DNA of 64,000 nucleotides, taken from contig OZ251229.1 of the NCBI GenBank assembly GCA_965240325.2, positions 806,001 through 870,000 of the forward strand. Direction: 5' to 3'. The number at the start of each line of letters is the position of its first letter. The stretch's first letter is position 1. Source of the stretch: Rebecca billardiae RCC1528. Taxonomy: Eukaryota > Protista > Haptophyta. The notes beneath the pieces are model-generated. The model searched no databases, was not told the DNA's origin, and saw only the letters and a list, made by a program, of their open reading frames with translations. Positions 57,125-64,000 of the stretch are shown here, piece by piece. The position numbers were made by a program, and so were the translations under genes.

Positions 57125-59170
57125 TATGATCGGCTACGCCGATCTTCGGGTAGTGAACAACGAAGTTGGGGGCGCACGGCCCTAGTGGCTAGTGCTCAGA
57201 GTCACCGATCACGCAGCTTGTGAATGTGAGCAGCAGCCGCGGCTTGTGACGACACGGTCGGACGGTCGGACGGTGCCGGTGCGGCGAGGGCAGCGGCGGC
57301 GCGACGGCGTCGGCGGTGGCGCGCTCGCACAGCGTCCTGCAGCACGTAAGCGCAGCGTGACTGCGTGTGCAGCAGCGCGCCGCTCAGCTCCCGCCGCTCC
57401 ACGCCGCCGCAGCGGCGCGCGCGGCGCGCGCCCGCTTCGGCCGCGGCCGCGCCCGCCACCGTCCGTCGCGCCGCCGCCAGCTGCTGCGCCGTCGGTGACG
57501 GCGGCGGGTCGAGTGCGGAGAGGAGGTGGATGAGCCAGTGCAGCCCGGACTGCGTGACGTCCACGTCCACCACCGCGTCCTCCTTCGCCACCGCCATCTC
57601 CTCCGCCCGCCCCGCCCCCCAGCGGCGGTCCCACCACCCAGGCGGCGACCGGCCCGGCGCGCGCTGCGGGCGCCCGCGCGCCGCCGCTGCCGTCGGCGGC
57701 GGCGATCGCGGCGGCGAGCGGCGATCGCGGCAGCCCGTCGGGCGGCGGCGGCGGCGCGCCGCCGCCCTCCGCTCCGCCCTCCGACGCCGCCCTCCGACGC
57801 CGCCCTCCGACGCCGCCCTCCGACGCCGCCCTCCGACGCCGCCCTCCGACGCCGCCGCCTCCGATCCGCCCCGCCGCCGCCGGGCGACTGCGCTCGGATG
57901 ACGAACCGGCTGGGCGGCAGCGACCAGCCGCGTGGGCGGCGTGACGCGACGCGCTCTCCGCCGCTGACGGAGGAGTTGACGGAGGTCGTGCGCGCGAGGT
58001 CGGCGGCGGTGTGCGCGGCGGCGCTGGGCGAGTGCGCCAGCCTCTCGGGCAGCACATGCCCCGCCGCGCGCCCGCCGCCGCCCAGGCTCCCGCGCTCGGC
58101 CTCGCGCCGCACCGCCGCGCGGTCCGAGTGCAGACGCCTGTCGACCGGATAGGTCAGATTTGCGACGCAGCCTGCGGAGAGGGTGGCGCATGCGGCGGGC
58201 TCGGCGGGGTCGAGCGCGCAGTGCGCGATCACCTCGAGCAGCAGCTGCGCCACCCCGTACGCGCGCAGCATCGGCGCGTCCGGTCGCATCACCCGTGCAG
58301 TCCGGTCGCCAGCAAGCCGCGGAGCCGCGGCGGCGGCGGCACGCGGGCGGCCGCCGCCGGCGAGGGTGAGGACGGACATGCCATTCGGCGCACCTCCCTC
58401 GACTGCGCCGCCACCATCGCCCTCGCTCCCTTCAGCCGCCTCCCCCGACGCCTCCGCCTCCGCCTCCGCCGCACCGACGCCGCCGCACCCGCGGCACTTT
58501 GCCGTTGGATCGTCGTCACCGAGCCGTCACGCGCAACTTGCAACTTTTCGTGCCGATCATCATTATTGATCAGAGTCTGTCCAGGACAGCGTACACCCAT
58601 TTGAATCAGAGAGCTCTTATTGATCGCAGATAGAGCACAAACGCGTCGATTCATACCCGCATTGGCTTTGAATCAGTTGGCAATACGGGGTGAGGAATCT
58701 TGAATCACAACCGTGATTATTGACCTTTCCGCTCAGGCTGTCCAGGACACACTCACCACACTATTCTAGCGCAGTTCTCTTAAGAGAAGAGGGATGCGTC
58801 TAATCTAAAACGCTGTTTTTCAGAAGCGCGTGAATCAAAGCTGACGACCCAACCTATCGTTTCTATGGTTGGCGAGCTGTTTCAGGCTCTTACAATTCAG
58901 GCATCTTACTATGACGGAATGTTCTAACACACGGCTGGTGTTATGTGCTATTCCACCCTGCATTCCCCTAAGTGTTACTATCGTTAAAATTAGCATCTAC
59001 TACAAACGCAATCATTGCGGCAGCGATATCCACTCATACGCGGTGGCCACCTACCGAAAAATCCCCAAAATCCTGCGCGCATCCTCTTTTTGATTTTGCG
59101 GAGCACGTGCGCCGCCCCCCCCCCGGCTTTCGCTCACGCTCAGACCTTTCGGGGGGGGGCGTGCGCCATT
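57125..59170 (-). mobile_element. Non-autonomous Helitron2/Helentron-like element C (related subfamily) with a captured gene fragment
   Basis: Terminal hairpin GATCGGC-TAC-GCCGATC at 57128-57144; spacer CAAC-GAA-GTTG as in A/B; inverted GGCGCACG (57171) / CGTGCGCC (59160-59167); long 5' hairpin C10...G9 at 59109-59166. Confidence 0.58.
57774..57860. repeat. GC-rich minisatellite of (CGCCCTCCGACGC) units
   Basis: About five tandem 13-bp units. Confidence 0.85.
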
Positions 59171-59744
59171 ACGAATCATCATAGGCGTATTTATAACGTG
59201 AGTCGATCGTACTGACGACTCGACGTACTTATAACTTAGGCGGCAGTACGACTTAGTAAGACTGCTGATACCGCCGCACTAAACGGCGGAGTATAAACCC
59301 GGCGGTTAACACTAAATACGATCGAGTAACGGCGCGGACCGCGCGCGGCCGCGTATCAACTGATGACATCATCAGCCAGCATTCTGATTCAGGCTCATAT
59401 GCATCCGCCTGTCTGTAGAGTGTAGTAACTAACTGCTGCTAGTGCTACCGCGACATGTCAATGACATGATCCACGACTTGACGAGCGCGCGGTCGTTACC
59501 CACGCATGGCCCATCAGCCCGCCGCATGCGGCATGCCGCATGGGCCGGTTGGGCGTTGCCGCGGCGGTTTGCCTGACGTTCACGTTGCCAGCGTTGCCTG
59601 AGTCTGAGAGAGGTGAGAGGCAGCTGGACGAGAATCCACGCCGTCACACGCCGGTGTGCTTGTGACGCCAGGTGTGGCGCCGCCACTCCTGAACCCGATA
59701 GGCCCGCGGGCGAGGCGACGAGCCAGCACACAACCTCGCGTAGC

Positions 59745-60956
59745 TCACCCCACTGCCACCTGCGCTCCGGGGCGGCGGAGGCCAGCCATCGCCACAGCGG
59801 CGATGAGCATGCCCCCGCACGCAGAGAGCACGCATGCGGCCGCGACGTGCGCTGTTGGCAGACCCGCGCTGCCGACCTGAGCCGCCATCGCCGACGGTGC
59901 ATCGGCGCGCACAGCCTCGGCACATGCGCCGCACGTGGCCGGGCACTCGCGCATCACGTGCTGGCGCCTGCGGATCGGCAAGGCCTCGCAGCCGGAGGGG
60001 CCCTTGAGGCTCGTGCAGTAGTGCTTGGTGTCGGCACAAATGGGCGTCTCGTCAGGCGCGCTCTCCAGCTCGTCCGTCGCGATGTCGCACCACGCCGGGC
60101 GATACATGCGGCACGCGGTGCACGCGCCGTGCGCCTCGTCATAGAAGTAACCTGGGTAACAACGGCACGTGCGGCTCAGACCATCGCAGTACATGCCGGC
60201 TTCGGCGGAGCACGGCGAGCGATAGTTGCACTGCTTGTGCGTATTGCGCGCCGCCGAGCCCGCGGGGGACATCGGCTCGGTGCACGCATCGAGCGAGGCG
60301 CTCATCGCAGCGAGAGACTCTGCAGCATCTGCAGAGTCGTCCGGGGCGATGGCCGGAGTCTGGATGGGGGATGACGGCGGGGGCGGGGGCGGGCTCTCGT
60401 GTGAGCCGCGCGAATGGTGATGATGGCCCCGTCGACCGTGATTGTTGGTGTCGTGGTGCCGTGAGAGCGTGGGCTGGAAGGGCGAGAGCGATGGCGACGA
60501 CGACGGCGCCGAGGGCGATGACGAGTGCAAGGGTGGCGGCGACGGCGATGGCGACGGCGGAGAAGGGCTTGGCGGCGGGGATGGCGACGGTGGATCAGGC
60601 GACGGAGAGGGAGAGGGTGATAGAGGCGGAGGCGGTGAGGGGGAAGGCGGTGGTGGTGACGGCGAAGGTGGCGGCGGCGATGGCGATGGTTTCAACGGCG
60701 GTGGCGGTGACGGGGAAGGGCTTGGCGGCGGGGATGGCGACGGTGGCTCAGGCGACGGCGAGGGAGAGGGCGATAGAGGCGGAGGCGGTGAGGGGGAAGG
60801 CGGTGGTGGTGACGGCGAAGGTGGCGGCGGCGATGGCGACGGCGGCGGTGGCGATGGCGACGGGGGCGGCGGCGAAGGGCTCCCGTGAATCCACCATCGT
60901 CGTGATCCACTGTCGTGGTGGCGTGCGGCCGACAGCGCCAGGACGAGCACGAGCAT
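59745..60956 (-). CDS. Secreted or membrane-anchored Ser-Pro(n) extensin-like protein with His-rich, Cys-rich (EGF/EB-like) and ShK domains
   Basis: Signal MLVLVLALSAA; (SPSPPPP)n; HHHH; CNYRSPC..CDGLSRTCRCYPGY; ShK-like CADTKHYC...MRECPATCGAC; C-terminal hydrophobic segment. Confidence 0.85.
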   Translation of the reverse strand: MLVLVLALSAARHHDSGSRRWWIHGSPSPPPPSPSPPPPSPSPPPPSPSPPPPSPSPPPPLSPSPSPSPEPPSPSPPPSPSPSPPPPLKPSPSPPPPSPSPPPPSPSPPPPLSPSPSPSPDPPSPSPPPSPSPPSPSPSPPPLHSSSPSAPSSSPSLSPFQPTLSRHHDTNNHGRRGHHHHSRGSHESPPPPPPSSPIQTPAIAPDDSADAAESLAAMSASLDACTEPMSPAGSAARNTHKQCNYRSPCSAEAGMYCDGLSRTCRCYPGYFYDEAHGACTACRMYRPAWCDIATDELESAPDETPICADTKHYCTSLKGPSGCEALPIRRRQHVMRECPATCGACAEAVRADAPSAMAAQVGSAGLPTAHVAAACVLSACGGMLIAAVAMAGLRRPGAQVAVG

Positions 60957-61625
60957 GTGCGCAGCCGGCGCCGAGCGCGGCGCGGTCCAAGACAGAAAGC
61001 GAGCGCGACTCCCTTGCTCCGTGAAGCGTCACCTAGGAGACCCGCTCCGGCTGGTCCGGCCGAGGGCTGCAAGTCGAGATGCGCTTTTTTCGTCGGCGAA
61101 TGAAAAAGTCTTTTCCCGCCACCGCCGGTCACGGGCCGCGGCGCGCGGTGGCATGCAGACATCCAACGGGGAATCAAGCAGACACTAAGATCCACCTAAG
61201 GTTGCATCAGCGTCTGACCTGCGGCGAGGCGTAGTGAGAAAACTAGACTTATACCCGCGCAATCCATGCACCGCTCGGCCATCTTTTTTTTTCGGCGCTT
61301 CGCGCTCAGTTGCTGATGGGAATATCGGGTCAACCGGTCAAGGTCCGGGCGGTCCGGCGGAGCCGGAGTCCTCGCCCTCGGGCTCAGCGGCTCGGGCTCG
61401 GACTTCGACATCGAGTTCGGAGTCACTGGAGCTTAGGCAGACGAAAGTTTCCGTCGTACTACAGTATTGTAGTCGTACTTTGATGATACTGTGTCACGCG
61501 AATCACTTACGATCGCTGTCGCTGACAGCATTATAAGTAACTAAGACTGCTGTCGTATATCAGTAGGGTAGCTGGCACGGCGGCGATCAAGCCGATCATG
61601 ACACTACCACTGGCCGACAACTTCA

Positions 61626-64000
61626 TCACCACGCCAGCGTCGGCGCCGGCGGCGGGGAACGCCCCGCCCAATGATGAGACTGCGCCCTCGGTGCGGCTCC
61701 CAGCGCGTGCGGCGGGTACGGCGCTCGGCGCTTCTCTCGCGCCGCAGCCAGCTCGGCTGCCGGCAGGCGAGGCAGGTTGATGCCTTCGTCGCGGCCGCCG
61801 CGGTGTCGCGCCGCGTGCTCCAGATACGACTCGTGCAGCATCCGCACGCCATTTGGCGAAAGCGGCAGATCGGACCAGCTGAAATTCGCTTCCACGCCGC
61901 CGACAGTAGGTGTCGGCTGCGAGCGAGTGCGCGGCACCGCCGTGGCCGAGCGCGAGCTCGGAGGGTACACGGGCGGGCCGCTGACGCCGGTGCGCGGGCG
62001 CGTTGGCGGGACGCCGTAGATGGAAGTGAAGACGGCAGTGTTGGTCACCGAGAGGGCTCGTGAATGCAGGCCGTCGCGCGACAAGTCGCCCTGAGGCTCG
62101 GGAGGGGCTCGCACGTGTGGCACTGGTGGGTGGGGCGGATACTCATCCGGAGCGATCAAAGACACAAATGGTTCGAGCACCGCGCGCGACGCGCGCTGGT
62201 GTGTGCGGCTGGTCGGAGCTCTCGATCCGGTCGTTGACAGCAGAGAGGCCTGGGACCCAATCGCGCCCGACGGCGAGCGCCTGCGCGCGCTGCGCGAGCG
62301 CGAGCGTGAGCGGCCCTTCCGCCCTAGGGTCGACGACAGCTCTCCGTGCAGCCGCTCGTGCTCGTCGTCCACGGTGCGCGGCAGCAGCGTGTTGCGCGCG
62401 CGCCGATGCTGCGAGCCAGGTCTGTCGCGCGCATGCGCCTTGGACGTGTACGTGCCCGCGGGCTGATCGTCCAGCAGCTCTCGAGCCTCGAGCGTCAGCC
62501 GACGCATGTAGCCCGCGTGGCTCTTCCGCGGCCAGTTTCGGTCGAGCTGCTGCTTTGATGCAGGGGGCAGGTGATCGGCCCTGCGGGCAGGCGCGCGCCC
62601 TGGCCACGCCGGCTCCGTGAAGTAGTCCAGCTCGGAGGGGTGCCTGGCGAGCAGCTCGCTGTAGTCCGGCTCGATTGGTGGTGGCGGCACTCCGTGCCAC
62701 GCTTCGCTCGGCTCCTCGGCGGCGTGCAGCGCCGAGAGCTCGTCGCGCAGCGCGGCGGCTGCGGCCACCTCCGCGCGAGCCACAGAGGTCGTGGGCGGCG
62801 CGACCGGCGACGGCGGCGCTGCCCCCGCCCCCGCCTTGGCATCCGTCGCCGGACGGGGCAGCTCCACCTCGGTGAGCGCATGCCCCGTGGCCGCTGCTGC
62901 TGGCGCGCCCGGAGCGTGCTCGCCCGGCCTTTCGAGGCCAACTTCTGTCGATGGGGCCGTGGCCGCTCGAGCAGCTGCGTGCGCGACCTCTGCAGCCTGC
63001 ACGCGCGCCGATGCGTCCTCCCAGACACCCTCGACGTCGCCTTCTGCCGCGCTGCGCTGCGTCTCCGCTCCCGAGCGCTCAGGCGCTCCTGCAGCCAGTG
63101 CCAGCGCAGCTGCCGGCGCAGCTGCCGGCGCAGCTGTCGGCGCAGCGCTTGCGTCTGCAGACGGCGCTGCTGCAGCCGGCAAAGTGGCAGCAGCTGGCGA
63201 CGATGCAAGCTGCGCCTCGACTGCTCCTGCGGCGTCGCGTACACCATCGCCAGCTGGCGCCAGCGGCGCATCAGCACTGCCATCTGCGTCGCCGTCGTGC
63301 ACGAGCACATCCGTCATCGTCGGATCATCGTGCTCGTCGGCTCCGAGAGGCGTCGGCTCGGCCTTCGCCGTTGGCACGCCGGCTGGCGCGCCAGCTGGCG
63401 CGCTCGCCGCGGCTTCGGCGGCCGCCGCGCTCAGCGACTCTGCTGGCACCTGCGGGTCATTCGAGGGTGCCCCAGCGGCAGGTGCTGCTGCAGGCGCGAC
63501 TGCGACGTGCCCAGGGACAGCGCTCCGACGAGACGCTCCTGCGCCATCGGAGGAGGCAGATCGCGGCGAGATGGCGACATCGGTGGTCATGGCAGCGACC
63601 GGGCTCGTGGCGGAGGTCGTGAGTGCCGGCTCATCCGTTTGCGTGTCGACGCTGACGCCCGCACGCGCGACGTGCAAAGAGGGCTCGGTGCTTGTCGACG
63701 TGGCGACCGCAACCCCTGGGCCGCCAGCGGGCATTTCGCCCGCAGCAGCGTCGAACACGACAGCAACAGTTTGCGGCAGCACCGTCGCGCGCGGCTCGCC
63801 TTGTGCTGGCGCTGCCTCGGGCGCGTCGGAATCGCAATCGGCAGCTGCCTCCGGCTCAGCGATGCTGGCGGCGGCCGCTGCCTCGGGCGCGTACGCATCG
63901 GCCGCTGCCTCGGGCGCTTCGGCGTCGAACGCGGCCTGCCCGACATTGCGGGCCTTTTCCGCCGCCTCAATCTCCCTCTGCATCGCCGAGCGAAGTTCGG
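61626..64000 (-). CDS. Large Ala/Pro-rich low-complexity hypothetical protein, 5' part outside the window
   Basis: At least 785 aa open to the window edge; no recognisable domain. Confidence 0.6.
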   Translation of the reverse strand, partial: ELRSAMQREIEAAEKARNVGQAAFDAEAPEAAADAYAPEAAAAASIAEPEAAADCDSDAPEAAPAQGEPRATVLPQTVAVVFDAAAGEMPAGGPGVAVATSTSTEPSLHVARAGVSVDTQTDEPALTTSATSPVAAMTTDVAISPRSASSDGAGASRRSAVPGHVAVAPAAAPAAGAPSNDPQVPAESLSAAAAEAAASAPAGAPAGVPTAKAEPTPLGADEHDDPTMTDVLVHDGDADGSADAPLAPAGDGVRDAAGAVEAQLASSPAAATLPAAAAPSADASAAPTAAPAAAPAAALALAAGAPERSGAETQRSAAEGDVEGVWEDASARVQAAEVAHAAARAATAPSTEVGLERPGEHAPGAPAAAATGHALTEVELPRPATDAKAGAGAAPPSPVAPPTTSVARAEVAAAAALRDELSALHAAEEPSEAWHGVPPPPIEPDYSELLARHPSELDYFTEPAWPGRAPARRADHLPPASKQQLDRNWPRKSHAGYMRRLTLEARELLDDQPAGTYTSKAHARDRPGSQHRRARNTLLPRTVDDEHERLHGELSSTLGRKGRSRSRSRSARRRSPSGAIGSQASLLSTTGSRAPTSRTHQRASRAVLEPFVSLIAPDEYPPHPPVPHVRAPPEPQGDLSRDGLHSRALSVTNTAVFTSIYGVPPTRPRTGVSGPPVYPPSSRSATAVPRTRSQPTPTVGGVEANFSWSDLPLSPNGVRMLHESYLEHAARHRGGRDEGINLPRLPAAELAAAREKRRAPYPPHALGAAPRAQSHHWAGRSPPPAPTLAW

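Overview
Very GC-rich, gene-dense eukaryotic nuclear DNA. The short GC-rich GT(GCGC)...CAG introns and gene content point to a microalga, most plausibly a Pavlovales-type haptophyte (inference). About 20 protein genes are supported: R-SNARE, TFIIF-beta, a TFIIS-central-domain protein, archaeal-type RNase HI, an ARM-repeat/BTB protein, GT49, an IQ protein, a full ABCB transporter, a TEY MAPK, GT25, THOC1, a NAK kinase, a membrane protein, M18 aspartyl aminopeptidase, ACOT8/TesB, an ER-targeted ShK-AKR, a small hypothetical, an RCC1-repeat protein, a myosin VI-like motor with a RUN tail, a Ser-Pro-rich ShK surface protein and a truncated low-complexity protein. Most sit in head-to-head pairs about 180-250 bp apart. 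The spacers hold many non-autonomous DNA elements: a 404-bp-TIR element with a 7-bp TSD, a hAT-like element with an 8-bp TSD, TA-flanked MITEs, and three Helitron2/Helentron-like elements joined end to end that carry captured gene fragments. Best leads: (1) the Helitron2-like triplet; (2) the ARM-BTB gene with about 11 near-identical, shuffled 126-bp repeats; (3) the myosin with an insert-2-like 'reverse gear' plus RUN domain; (4) gene conversion between the two NBDs of the ABCB gene; (5) insertion-biased decay of intergenic DNA, visible in paired repeat copies. All calls were made by eye without database searches.
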